DNA of 64,000 nucleotides from Stylophora pistillata (taxonomy: Eukaryota), in NCBI RefSeq assembly GCF_002571385.2, contig NW_019218172.1:197133-261132 (forward strand), written 5' to 3'. Shown here in pieces: positions 50,630 to 63,556 of the stretch; within the stretch, counting starts at the first letter, position 1; each line of letters begins with the position of its first letter. The notes beneath the pieces are model-generated. The model saw only the letters and a list, made by a program, of their open reading frames with translations, did not search any database and had not been told where the DNA came from. Made by a program: the position numbers and the translations under genes.

Positions 50630-53020
50630 ATCACTTACGTTTGTTGACCATGGTACCTTGGCATACACAACTTTGATATGAGAATCAGCATCAGCCTTAG
50701 GTGCTATAAAGGTATTGCCATAGTAACATGATCTTTTTTGTCAGTTTATAACAATAATTATTTTCAGTAGTATACATGTAAGTCATAGAAATTACCCTGA
50801 ATGAGACTCAGAATATCTTTTATGTGCAATCCATAGAAGTTACAGCAATATGATTTCTGCCTGTTTACATTCTAAAAACTGTAAGTTAAGATGATGTCCA
50901 GGGCTTGACACTAACACTAACCCTTGACACTAACCCTTTTCAGTTGGAAAGTACATAAATTTACCTAATATGTTACTTAATAACAACAACAAGAACAATA
51001 TTAATACAAAGAACATGTACACTGCAGTACAATTGATGCTGTTTGGTAATTTTTCATTGCCAGAACCAGTAAAACTATAATTAGCAAAACCTCATTATGC
51101 AGTTGATTTGTAAAATTAGAGCTTTGACTTTGAACCCTTCAGTTTAACACCATTGTCATCCCCAGAGCCGATGATCCATTTCGGCTGCACTAAGGATGGA
51201 GACCTCTGGCTGCCTCCAACACTGGAAGTCTGTGATTTATGGACTCATTGTCAAATTTGACAAATCTGATTGGCTGAAAATACATAATAAGTACTCAGTG
51301 CATGCTCAGAAATCGGGAGCAGCCAGAGGTCTCGATCCTTGGCGCAGTCTGGAGGGAAGAATTGTTTAACACAATTGTGCCATTTAAAATAAATTATCAT
51401 TTACACTCCAGAGGATTGATAACAGTAGCTTTGTTTCCATCAACATGACAAGAATGCTGGTCCAATGTACATGTGAGACATACCATCCAAGATAGACTTT
51501 TATAACTTCTGCTTCATACATGCAAAACTTCCACTCTTTAAAAGAGCAGCTAAAAGTGGTGGGGGTAATGGCTGGTGCGCATGAGCATGTCAAAAGCATA
51601 ATAAACTCATGGCATTGTACATGTAGATACAGACTAAATAAGAAAGAGATAATGTAAAAATATCTTGCACCTGAAACAGAACAAATGCAAATTAAAAGAA
51701 ACTAAAATAGAAATAGTTTCACCCAATGTATTGTATCTTATAAATTAATTTTAACATAAAAACTAAGATGTTTCGAATGGGATGAAGTGTCCTGACTCTG
51801 TCTGCAATGGCCTTTATGCATCAGTCCCCTGTTAGCTGCATTGCTGATGCTCATGATCCAAGACAAGAAAGTGGCATGGTCTTCTGGATCACATGTTTGC
51901 AATTAATTAATGGAAAAGTGATGTTTTATAGTATTTACATTTAATTGTCTTGAAATAGCAGTGTAAGATACATAAATTATTTAACACTAACCCTTCCTTT
52001 TGACTGTGAAAAATCTCCCAAGGCTTTCAAGAATGATACTTCTGAAGTACCAGGTATTCTCTTTTGAAGGAAGTCCCTCTGTCAAAGTAAATCCTGGTCA
52101 AATAAATAATTGGAGTCCTTTGGACTTCCTGGCCAGTATCCAGCTTCAATTGTATTTTCCAAAGACCATGGATTAATTTTGTAGCCACAACCCCTGCAGG
52201 TGATAGTGCAATTATTGAAGTCAAAACGGCCTATTGAAAAAAGTAAATGATGTCACTTTAAGTAACCACACAAGGGATGGCCTCCCTCCTCCCTCTCTTG
52301 TAACTGTCTGTCTATACCAGCATGTTAAATAAGATTACTCTTTTGGTTCACAACAACAATGGATCCACCTGAAGGATTAACTGTCAAAGTATCCTCTTGC
52401 TCACGCTTTGGGCACATTTTAAAGTTATTGAAGACAAAACATTTCCCTGATTAAAAGAAATACTTCATGAGACAATGTATCAGTTCAGTAGGGAAAAAGA
52501 AATTATGCAATTAAAAGTAGTCTATCGAAAGGTACAGGTATTGCTGGTTAAGAGCTTGGATTGAATATATTTATGATTTAATCTATCAACAAGAACAAAA
52601 ATAAATGTCTATGACAATAAGAAGCCTAGAAACATTAAAGTAGGTAAACTAACTAGTCTGCAGCAGCCTCCCATCTTCATTCACTTTGACAGTAGGAAGT
52701 ATGTGCCTGTAGAAATCATCCGCGAAAAGGTTCCCTGTCATGGGAAAGGAGGTCTTGGTGGCTCATGACATCACATTCACTGCACATATTCTTTCCACCG
52801 CACTCTATGCATCCGACATCACATTTTCCCTTGGCACAAATGGCACACAACCGGCTTAACATATGCGACCCTTGAGTACACAGAATGGACTTTAAAAACA
52901 GCTCCCTTGATGACTCCCAGTAGTCATTGAAACTGTCCATCCTCTTTTCGCAGTTATTTTCCAGGCTCTGGAACAATTCAAGAACTTCCTGGTATTTCAG
53001 CAGAGTAAATTGAAGTTCAT
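50630..53020 (-). pseudogene. Spliced CxC3/KDZ-type transposon gene remnant
   Basis: Exon remnants CAICAKGKC..CIECG..MCSECD, GYWPGSPKDSNYLFDQDLL, RIPGTSEVSFLKAL and FSCSFKEWKFC. Confidence 0.55.
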
Positions 53021-53088
53021 TGTCTGTATGAAGACAAAAATCTAACTTTTAGCTTTAAACATGTAAATGAATGGAGAGATGTGCACTA

Positions 53089-53911
53089 CCATATTTATTT
53101 GTCTATAAGCCGAACTTGGCTATGAGCTGAGACCCTAAACTTTGGTCTGTTTTAATCGGGAAGGTTCTTAAAACATGTAAATGGAAAAAACTCAGCTATA
53201 AGCCAAGACCATATTCAGAGAACTTCATTCTCAAACAAACTGAAATGAATGTAGAAGCTTTAAAAAAGAAAAGTCTTGAGAGCTCAAGATTTCAGGGAAA
53301 CATACAACGATGGTCTGTTAAACTCTGAAATATGCACAGCTGGATAAGAGATAACTTGGTAAGTTTTCTTTTTGCCTGATCATAAACTTCAATACCATAG
53401 TATGTGACAAGTTTGTTTCCCAATTGTGGGGATGGACAATTCTGATTGGTCAGTTTCGAAATCATCACAACACTTTCACAAGATCTCTACACTTGTTCAA
53501 AACCTGTGGAATCTTTAACACTCTAGATAGCACAGAAGATGGAGCAATCTGTTAGGAAGAAACAGGGGAAACTAGCGGATCAGGAGGAGATAGACGAAAA
53601 TTAGATGACAACACTGAGGATGAACAATAAGCCATATTTACTATACGCCAAAAACAGTAAATGGCTCCTTGGAAACCATCACAAATAAAAGTCCATGACC
53701 AACTTCAACTTGTTTCATTATTTATTTCTGCATGTTATATCTTGACTTATAGACGAATATGTGTATGCTTCCTTTTAATCTGCTATTTTGGAAAAATTAT
53801 ATTTTGAAAAACACTTGGCTATAAGCCACGAACCCTTCTCTAGCTCAAATTTTAGAGATTTTGGGAAAGTGGTGTGAAAAAATCACTCGGCTTATAGACG
53901 AATACATACGG
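53089..53911. mobile_element. Tc1/mariner (pogo/Tigger-like) MITE
   Basis: TA flanks. TIR CCATATTTATTTGTCTATAAGCCGA / TCGGCTTATAGACGAATACATACGG. Confidence 0.85.
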
Positions 53912-53929
53912 TAACTTTACTTTTCACGT

Positions 53930-54900
53930 CTTATGAGCCCTAGTTCAACACAGGCTGTTCTGATTATGCACCACACATATAGGCTCAGTTAACCTTGATT
54001 GTCTGTATTTTAGTGTCACATAGAACTGACCTTTCACAGGCAGTTGAGCGTTTCTAGGACCGCATAGAACATGGGATGTCTTGGTTAATTCAATATCTTG
54101 TAGCCACTGGACATCATCGCTAAGAACAGTTACTGTGCCTTTCTCGGATAAAGTTTCTTGCTGAGACAGACAGACAGGAAATGGCCCATCTTTTGCAGTT
54201 ACCCCAAATAGTGTCTTGAGCTGGGCAATACTTCCTGTCATTGTTCTGGCATCCACACTAAAAACAGGGATTGTCATTCTTAGAGGGCTCTTTCATGGAT
54301 CCTTCATTTCAGTTATGTGCAGATTGGTTGTTTATTGCGTTTTGCTTGTTGTGACTGCATGGCTGACTAACATAATGAACTTAGTTTTAAGTTTCTACCC
54401 CACAAACAAGGATTCAATTTTTTTTTCTCATTTCAGCTTGTCTGCTAATGCAAGCAGCATCCGTGAGAGTGAGGTCAGATTTAACTTGTAGGTGGTCAGA
54501 CAGTGCATCATCAAGGAATCCAACAATAATTTTGTCTCTTTTTAGTTCATCCTTCAGAGTTCCGTACTAACAATTTTTCGGTGAGGCAGTATAAGTCTTG
54601 AATAAAGGTTTCCATGGATTTATTAGGGTTTTGTCTTTGTTGATTGAACCATGCTCGTTCAATGATAACATTGTGGCGGCTGCAAAATAACCATTGAGGG
54701 CTGTTTTGATTTCATTAAAGGAAATGGTTGCTTCATTTATGCTTAGCATTTTGACAATGTCAAGCTGCACAATCTCCCATTGCAAAGAGAAATGTTCCCA
54801 CCAGTTCCTGGTTTGGTTTATTTTGAAAACCAGAAACGATATGATAGTGCTCAAAATGTCTAAGCCATTTGGGCCACATGTCTGTTTGATTTGGGCTGTT
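53930..54900 (-). mobile_element. Gypsy gag/protease remnant
   Basis: IIERAWFNQQRQ...ETFIQDLY...YGTLKDEL.RDKIIVG, and a downstream protease-like VTVLSD...VKGQF. Confidence 0.7.
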
Positions 54901-54936
54901 GTCTACTTTGAACTTGCTCAGGAGTAGGAGAGAGGT

Positions 54937-55044
54937 TAGATAGATAGATGATAGATGATAGATAGTTTATTACCAAATAAAATACATTGCAGCCATAGGC
55001 TGAATTGCGTGCTTTTCACAATCTTTGATTATATAAGACTATAT
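54937..55044 (-). mobile_element. 3' tail of the LINE at 61608-63080, separated by the Sola-like insertion
   Basis: CACGCAATTCAGCCTATGGCTGCAATG...AATAAAC(TATC)n on the minus strand. Confidence 0.75.
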
Positions 55045-55069
55045 GTGACCTCTGACGGGAAAACATTCC

Positions 55070-55500
55070 GAACGGTTAGCCGTTTTTATACGGATAGCCG
55101 TTCACCAGCCGTTTGAATGGATTGGCATGCCGTTCGAACGCCTCAAGCTATCCGTTCTTGAATGTTAATCATCCGTTTGAACCGTTTGAGCTATCCGTTC
55201 AAGAAATTTCACCGTCCGTTCGAACGCCTCCAGCTATCCGTTCTTGAATATTCATCATCCGTTTGAACGCCTCTAGCCATCCGTTCTTGAATATTCATCA
55301 TCCATTCGAACGGTTCGAGCTATCCATTCAAGAAAATTCATCATCTGTTCAAACGCCTCGAGCTATCCGTTCTAAAAATTTTATCATCCGTTCGAGCGAC
55401 TTGAGCTATCCGTTCAAGAAAATTCATCAGCCGTTCGAACGCCTCGAGCTATCCGTTGTAAAAAATCCCTCACCGTTTGAACGCCGTTCACCGTTTGGTT
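55070..55500. repeat. Subterminal array, about 43-bp units with CCGTTCGAACG core
   Basis: About 8 units such as CCGTTCGAACGCCTCGAGCTATCCGTTCTTGAATATTCATCAT. Confidence 0.9.
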
Positions 55501-56808
55501 ACTCAATTGTTCATTAGGCTGTANNNNNNNNNNNNNNNNNNNNNNNNNNNNNNNNNNNNNNNNNNNNNNNNNNNNNNNNNNNNNNNNNNNNNNNGCAGTT
55601 TTTTTTCAGTTTCCTTTAGTTCCTCCAATAAATCGAGGCGTTCATCGCAGATGTGATTTAGAATTTCACGCTTTCGATCCATGAAGGATTTTTTCGTGCA
55701 CGCTCAAAGATAACCGTTTTACAATGCGCGATCCCTGGCTAGTGAGACAAAAGATAAGTGGCAAGTCCGTGGCATATCAAAACTCCACGAAAGAACCAAT
55801 ACCAAAAATTCTACAGCTAGTGTGACAAAAGATCAGTGGCGGAAAAAAAATCACATGTCAAATCGCTGTGGGCATACCTTACTTTGACACGTGTTTAGTG
55901 GAAAACTGCTTAACTCAGATTGCACCGGGCGTATCTGAAGATAATTTACTTTATATGTGTGAGCTGAAGAAGCCAATTAGAAGCTTAACAACGCCTAGCT
56001 AAATCGAACATCAACCTTCTTTCAATCTTCTTCAAAACAAATTCAGTTCAACATCCATGTTTTGAAGCGACAATGGTAGCACATGCTTAGCGTTTTACGG
56101 CGTTTGCTAAAAGGATTTGAACCGACAAACTCGTGATAGTGTTGATATTCTTTTGAAAGCAATGTCCGATTAGCGCATTCATAATGATTTGAATATAATT
56201 ATACTAAGAGTTCCTTTTTGTTTCTTGCGTTGTTTTGGAATGCGCATCAAGCCAAGAGATCTATCTAAAGACAGATAGACAAACATGTTCTCTCTGAATT
56301 TTTTAGTGGACTTAATGGGCGGTTTCAGTATGCGTATATGTATTTCTAAAGCTTTTGTTCTTACACTTGACAATGGCTGGCCAAAGGTGTGATAGGTAAG
56401 AGGTGATATTTGTGTAATCTACATCTAAATTAACGCAAACAGACTTTGGAGTGGTTTTTTTAAATTCAGTCCCTTTCTTTTTGTTTACTATGCTGTTTTA
56501 CTTTACTGAAATGTGAGACCATGTAAAAACGTTAAAAATAAAATTAGCAATGAACCGAATGAACTGAATAATTATTCTAATTCAGTTTTTGTGAGAAGAC
56601 ACTGCTGGAGCAACTACATCTGGGTGTTACGAAAACTAAGACCCCAAAATAAATCTTCAACCTTTCAACCAGTTCGCTCGCGCAATTCTCATGAATTCCA
56701 ACGCAATGTAGGCTTTTCTCATCCTAGCCTCAGACGCAGTATTTTTTAGGGGAGGGAGTGAAATACGACCAACTTATTCCTCAAAACTACAATCAAAAGC
56801 ATTCAATT

Positions 56809-57138
56809 TTAATAGGATGAACGATCAGATGAGTCTTTCCCGGTATTAAACTTACGGATAGCTCGACACTTAGAATTTATTTTACTTTTGATGAACTTCC
56901 AGAGCTTTTCTTTTTCCTCGTTGTTGCTAGTGGGAAACTTTGTAAAAACTAAAACTTTAAGTGAATTGAGTTTGGCAATGTCAAGACACTTTTTGCCATA
57001 GGTACCATTGGTATTGCTGGTCGCAAGTTCCTCAGTGGTGAAGAAAGATGGTAGGAGCTTTAGAGCACACAAGTGCCGTTCATTTTCACTTCCCAGGCTC
57101 TGCTGGACTGTTTTCACTTTCCTTGGGGTGTCACACAA
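56809..57138 (-). CDS. BEN-domain protein fragment
   Basis: ALKLLPSFFTTEELATSNTNGTYGKKCLD...LWKFIKSKINSKCR matches the BEN consensus pattern. The N-terminus is lost to a frameshift or the gap. Confidence 0.7.
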   Translation of the reverse strand: MCDTPRKVKTVQQSLGSENERHLCALKLLPSFFTTEELATSNTNGTYGKKCLDIAKLNSLKVLVFTKFPTSNNEEKEKLWKFIKSKINSKCRAIRKFNTGKDSSDRSSY

Positions 57139-57694
57139 TTACCAATCAATTCTTCGCCGACTTCGGAAACCGAACTTGTTCCTGCTTGCCCAACTGGGAT
57201 GTCAGCTGGTTCCTCGCATAGACTAAGTAGCTCCAGNNNNNNNNNNNNNNNNNNNNNNNNNNNNNNNNNNNNNNNNNNNNNNNNNNNNNNNNNNNNNNNN
57301 NNNNNNNNNNNNNNNNNNNNNNNNNNNNNNNNNNNNNNNNNNNNNNNNNNNNNNNNNNNNNNNNNNNNNNNNNNNNNNNNNNNNNNNNNNNNNNNNNNNN
57401 NNNNNNNNNNNNNNNNNNNNNNNNNNNNNNNNNNNNNNNNNNNNNNNNNNNNNNNNNNNNNNNNNNNNNNNNNNNNNNNNNNNNNNNNNNNNNNNNNNNN
57501 NNNNNNNNNNNNNNNNNNNNNNNNNNNNNNNNNNNNNNNNNNNNNNNNNNNNNNNNNNNNNNNNNNNNNNNNNNNNNNNNNNNNNNNNNNNNNNNNNNNN
57601 NNNNNNNNNNNNNNNNNNNNNNNNNNNNNNNNNNNNNNNNTTACTAGTATGAACCTTGCAAACCGATGTTACAAGTCCTTTGACGGAAAATAGT

Positions 57695-57945
57695 CCAAGT
57701 CGTTCAAACGGACTGATGTTTTTCATTGAACGGATGACCAAGCCGTTCGTACGTCTTGTTTTTGACAACAGTACTGGATGACCAAGCCATTTGAACGGGC
57801 TGATGTTTGTCATGAACGGATGACCAAGCCGTTCAAACGGGCTGATGTTTTTCACGAACGGATGACTAAGCCGTTCGAACGGGCTGATGTTTTTCACGAA
57901 TTGATGAGCAGGCCGTTCGAATGGGCTGATGTTTCTGACGAACGT
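57695..57945. repeat. Internal array, about 42-bp units, inverted relative to the left array
   Basis: GAACGGATGACCAAGCCGTTCAAACGGGCTGATGTTTTTCA units. Confidence 0.88.
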
Positions 57946-59043
57946 TAAGAACATAAGCCTCAATCACTTTTCAAGGGGGTCTGAAGGTTTGAGACACCCA
58001 ATTCGTTGTTACAAAATTTTCAAAGTTTTTGCAAATACCAAACCAAATTTTTCGGTGAAGTGCGAACAGGGCCTAGTTGGCCATGAATATTCCGTATTTT
58101 CTTGAATAGAAACCGCCCTTGATTAGAAGCCGCCTTTGAATAGAAGCCGCAGAAATTTCATGAAAAGAAAAAATAGAAGCTGCCCTTGAATAGTAGCCAC
58201 AATAGCTGCAACTGTCTCTTGCAGTTTAAATTCATTTTTCTCTAGTTCCTCCATTAAATTGAGGCGTTCATCGCAGATGTAATCTAGGATTTCACGCTTT
58301 CGATCCATGCTAGCAGGATTTCTTGAAATGAAGGATTTTTGCATGTGCGCTCATGAATAACCACTGTAAAATATCCTCCCACAATTGGTTTCTCGCTCAC
58401 ATTCACCACCTTGTATAATTAGCCATTGAGTCCTTTGGCCTAATAACTCCCCTAGAGATTAAACTTTGCTTCAGTGTTTCATGCTTGTTTTTATTTCATG
58501 TAAATAGGTAAATGATTCATTTACGTGAAAGGTCACGTCCAAAAGCATCTCTTCAATGAAGCGCTTAGGTGTGCAGTTTGTAACTGAGTACTTTTCCTCT
58601 TCATAATTTTCGCGGCGTGCGCAAAAGATCGAGAAAAAAAAGTGGACCGACTTTTTTTACTGTGAAATGACTATAGGTTTGCAGTTTGTAACAAAGAGTT
58701 CTTTCCCTTTTTAAGTTCATCGCGGCGCACGCCAAAGATCGAGAAAAATAATATCGGAATGAGTCTTTTTTATTATGGCGGTGTTTCCGAATTTGGTAAA
58801 ATCTGACCAAGAACTTGTAGTTTATATTTCCAACCTTTGAAATAAATGGCGGTCTTCATTTTGCTTATACTTTCACGTCGTGTGTACACCATAGCATACA
58901 AATGAGAGCAAAATAAAAACTCTAACAATAAACCTTACTGAGTATCAAATGCTGTGAATTTTAATTTCGTACTGTTGATCAAGACTTTCATAGATATGGT
59001 GGCTCCTAAAGGAGCCGTTTTATGGTGGCTCGTAAGAGCCGTT

Positions 59044-60815
59044 TTAAGATTGCTGAGGAGTTGGTGCAACCAGTTCTTCTGTTCCTGGCTTGCAGAACTG
59101 CCTGATCTCACGGAAAAGATACTGTTTGCGATCTTGGCTTAACCCTGCTGGATTTACTTTGGCTGGAAGACGTGAGGCCGGAGGAAGGATTGCGGGATTC
59201 TTCAGAAGCATCAGCGACTGTTCAGGAGACGGGTCACTCTCTTTGAAGCACACTCTTGAAGGCTCATCTTTGGTGAATCGAAAGTGGTGGTAGCTTTTTA
59301 TGTTTTGCAGCCTTTTAAAGTATTGTTCAAGAAATGAACACCAATCATACACTGGAATGATAACTGTTCCGTCATGTGTTCCAACAAGTTGTGCCTTGTT
59401 CACCCCAGTACTTGACGATTCCACCATGTTAGCAAATTCGTAAATTGATGAGATGCAGTTTTGCTTGTACGATTTCTTTATGATGCCAAAACATCGATCA
59501 GGGGCAAACTTCGTGTGGCCAGCAATCAAAAACGAATATGAAACTGAAAGATGAAGTTGGAGAATTGTCCTCTAAGCTAAGTACCAGACAAAATAATTGT
59601 TTTTGTTTTGCCCTGAACAGTTATCGGTGTGGAGATGAACAGAAGTTTCTCCAAGTCCATGATGCTAGAAGAAATGATGGATGTAACTTATCGTAGTGTT
59701 CACTCCCTTACCTGCTTTGCTGGCCTCGTCAATCAGGTAGTTAACTTGCCGTGGGATCGCCTCACACATAGTACCAAAGATGGCACATTTGCGTGGTGTT
59801 TTAAAGTAAATTGGCCCCGGTTGCATCGGATTACTTGGGTAGTGCACTTGGTGGGCGAAGTCGAACGAGTAGTGCATTGTTGTTTCAAGTGAGCATGGAC
59901 CATGGTGCTCATCAATGTCTACGCTGTCCTCTGATGCTTTAAAACTGCGCTTGGCATCATCGCACACCTTCCTGTAAAGTTCTCTTTCAGTCTGCACTTT
60001 ATTTAAGTGTTGCTGTTGGGCGCGAACACATTCTGACTTTTCTGCCTCTGGAAGATTGGCTGCTTGAAGAAGCTTTGAAGTGTTCTGTTGGCATGTGAAA
60101 CATAAGTCAGTCATTGGCTTCTCTACGACGAGGTTTTGGATGGAATTGTTTCCATAACTCGATGAATTTCGTGTAGCTCACGACCCTCGTGCTGGCCGCC
60201 TCACAAGCTGTTTTAAAGCAGTTCCAGACATGCATCTCGGTCTCACTCGACGAAAGTAGCACAGTTTCCTGGTTTTTAAAACCAGGGATTCTCCCAGGAA
60301 GTAGTACAGCATTCAGCGTAATTACTGAGAAAGTTTTTTACATCTTCTGCAACGGCCTGCGGCAGAGTGTTATGTGGCAGCCTGCTACTGTTCCCGTGTA
60401 CCCGCAGAGAAATGCCATGGTTTTGATAATGTTCCACGAGCCTTTGAAAGCAGGACTTACTGATGCCATACATGTGCAGAAACATTTCCTTGCAAATGGG
60501 GTGAGACTCATAGAGGAAGCTGTAAGCTGGAATTCTTTTTCTTTCTCCCCCGGTCACTTCAGCCGCCGTGAAAGCTTGAAGGTTTGCAAAGATTACTAAG
60601 TCCAGTTCTGCATGAGAAAGTTCCAGACAGTCGTATAGGTTGCTAATAACAGTTTCTGCTTTGAAGTAATCCGAACACTGGTCGCCTTTCAACCCTCGAT
60701 GACATCCGCACCCAACTTGTAAAAACTGTTGCACTTTGGTGACGATACTAGAAACGTCTTCTTCTCTCGTTGAATTCTCCATTTTGTGATTGTGTGAAAA
60801 GGCAGTAATTGACAC
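59044..60815 (-). pseudogene. Sola1-like DDE transposase (few frameshifts/stops)
   Basis: DLCFTC, HYSFDFAHQVHYP, LHTDNCSGQNKN, IAGHTKFAPDRCFG across ORFs 60276-60815, 59665-60114 and 59044-59529. Confidence 0.82.
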
Positions 60816-61199
60816 AAGTTGTTAGCAGTTACCAAGGCAACGCATTTTTGATGGACTGACAGGGAAGCTGGGATTATGGAAATTTGAACTTGAACTTCAC
60901 TNNNNNNNNNNNNNNNNNNNNGTGGAATTCAATAGTAAAAATATTAATTATAATCCATTTGAATGCGCCGAAAGTGAAGTCGAGTTATTCAAACGATCGA
61001 GTTTCGACTCGTTTCAAGTGATCTTTCCACAGATTGTGTCAAATACCTCGCATAACTTAACACCGCGTAACCCAACGCGTGACGCTTTCCTGAAATAATC
61101 CTTCGCTTTTGCTTGAGACAAGAGCTTGGGACACCTGTGTTGGCACTCGTTTTGACGAAACCATCAGTTCTGTTCAAAATAATTTCTACAGGCGATCAC

Positions 61200-61590
61200 T
61201 TGTTCAACCGCTACCGTTGGAAAAATTAACTTTTATTAGCCGTTTTTAATCCGTTCGACAATTTTCATTAGCCGTTATCCGTTCGATCTCATCTATTTGA
61301 AAATAAATTATTATTATATTCATTAGCCGTTCATCCGTTCGACCTCATCTGTTCGAAAATTTTAATTAGCCGTTCATCCGTTCGAAAATTTTCATTAGCC
61401 GTTCATCCGTTTGACCTCATCCGTTCGAACATTTTCATTAGCCATTCATCCGTTCGACCTCGTCCGTTCAAAAATTTTAATTAGCCGTTCATCCATTCAC
61501 AGTATCCGTTTCGAACGGCTTGCCTAGCCGTTCATCACCCGTTCGCTTGTCGTTCCGTTCACTGTTCAAACGGCTACCGTTAGGAACGTT
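61200..61590. repeat. Right subterminal array (TTAGCCGTTCATCCGTTCGA units)
   Basis: About 43-bp units with CCGTTC cores. Confidence 0.88.
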
Positions 61591-61607
61591 TTCGCGTGAG
61601 AGGTCAC

Positions 61608-63080
61608 ATATAAGACAAACAATTACAAAAATGCTAAGACCTAAATAAAATTGCTAATATAACTAATATACAGCAATGGAATAGCTAAAAATCTAGGTTA
61701 GCACACGCGCACATAACCGGGATAAATGAAGATTTAAAACGATCAGTGCGAAAGCGCGGCATGTTAAAAACGCGCTGGTGTCTGGTATTGTAAGCTGAAA
61801 GATGCCTATCTGGCAGCAAATTATATAATTTGTGAGATGGATTTGAGACAGACAAAACAGATCCATACGTAATTTCATGCGTCTGTCATAGAGCAAAGCT
61901 AAACCGTGCTTTTCTAAAGAGTCATGGTATGACAGTTCTGGTGAAATGATGGATAATGCATGTCCTTGGACCCTTTCAATGTCATCACTAAGATACGCAG
62001 GTAACGCATGAAGGAATATTTGTGCGCAGTATTCCAGAACAGGACGTATAGTTGTATAATAAAAATTAATTATGTCATCCGCTGGAATGCGGGCTCTATT
62101 CAGGAGGACTAAAAAGTACAATCGTTTGTCTGCTCTTTTTATAACATCATTGATGTGGTTGTTCCACTTAAGGTTACACGAAATAGTCACGCCTAGGATC
62201 CTAGCCGACTCTACTGTCTCTAATTCTTTGCCAACTACCAAGAGGGGAGTGAAATGGTGTTTCTGCCTTTTGTAGTGGATGACCATAACTCTGCATTTGT
62301 CAGCCTTAAGCTCCATCTTCTGTGCTTTGGACCAATCCTCCACCACTTTAACAGTGGTTTGGGCATCACCTAATGCGTTGCGCGGGACGATCTCTGCCAC
62401 CGTCATGTCATAAACGTACAGATAAGTTTGAACCTTGGGAATTCTTAGATCGTTTATCATTAGCAAGAAGAGCCATGGCCCCAGTTTTGTCCCCTGAGGT
62501 ACACCAGCTGGTACGAAGCCCCAATCAGCGAAAAAATCAGCAGATAATTTTACGCGTTGGTAGTGATGCACTAAGAAGTCGACTACCCAACATGCTACAC
62601 CCCAAGGGATGTCAAGACTGTAAATTTTACGAGTGAGCAGTTGATGGTCAATGTAGTCAAAAGCTTTGCAGTAGTCAAAAGCTTTGCGGTAGTCAAACAG
62701 GACCACCCTGACTGCAGATCCCGTGCCATCAGTTGCGCGTGTCCAATGATGGAGCATGGACGTCAGAGGTAGGGCTGTGGAGGATTTCGGTAAGGCTCCA
62801 AACTGGTTGGGATGGATAATTTTCAACACAGCTGGACCGATGAATGCAGATACCACAAAGTCTTCGGCTAATTTGGAAATTATTGGTGTGAGGGAAATGG
62901 GTTGTAAGTGCTTGTTGATGACTTCAACAGGTTTCTGTTTAGGAATGGGTACCACATCTGCCAGCTTCCAAGATGGGGGAAGTTGTTGCTTAGCAAAGCT
63001 ACAATTAAGGATGGAAGTCACTGGCTGAGCTAAAAAGTCAGCATATTCCCTAAGCACCCAACAAGGTATCCCATTGGGAC
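61608..63080 (-). mobile_element. CR1/L2-group LINE RT, 5'-truncated
   Basis: 454-aa ORF 61693-63057 with PISLTP, NQFG, GVPQGTKLGP and IRPVLEYC. The YxDD motif is mutated to YVYD. Confidence 0.9.
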
Positions 63081-63124
63081 CCCTCGGCCTATATAGACTG
63101 TATAGGCTCTATAGGCGGTATAGG

Positions 63125-63535
63125 CTCCATCTTCTATTTTCACTGTTTCTTGCATAATTTTCAGAGCCTTGCAGTCGTTGAGGGACATTAAGGTCTTCGA
63201 TGCTGTGTGGTTCGTTGAAATTGAGGTCACAAAACTGTTGAAACTGCTGGTCTAGGTTCTTGTTTACTTGTACGAAGTTTGCTGTAGGGGAGTTCTTGGT
63301 CTCCCCAGGGGGCCATTAAGAACTCAGCCCAACATGGTTCGCATAGCGAAGGGACCGCCATCCTTGCTTGGTTGCACTTCTTGAGGCTGTAGAGCCTTTG
63401 GTACATTGCTGATCTCCATGTCTATATGTGTGATGTTTACACCCTTCAGGTACGACCAGTGGCTGATATCCCATGGCTTCTGAGGGGATAGGTGGGCTCG
63501 GTCTAGAATAGACCATCGGCAGCTCTACCATGGTG
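63125..63535 (-). mobile_element. BEL/Pao protease-RT linker remnant
   Basis: DGGPFAMRTMLG..LNGPLG and MSLNDCKALKIMQETVKIEDG. Confidence 0.7.
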
Positions 63536-63556
63536 TCATTGCTAGTGGTGTCATTA

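Larger units (their letters stand above)
55045..61607. mobile_element. Sola-like TIR DNA transposon (about 6.6 kb including gaps)
   Basis: TIR GTGACCTCTGACGGGAAAACATTCCGAACGG versus GTGACCTCTCACGCGAAAACGTTCCTAACGG. ATAT TSD at 55041-55044 and 61608-61611. It interrupts a LINE 3' UTR. Confidence 0.8.

Noticed and set aside
17116-57963. Long ORFs rich in X (17116-17578, 32817-33404, 57073-57963)
   Set aside because: Artifacts of translating through N gaps or tandem repeats.
55070-61590. CRISPR-like appearance of the 42-43-bp arrays
   Set aside because: The units are degenerate tandem copies without unique spacers, the context is eukaryotic, and there are no cas genes.
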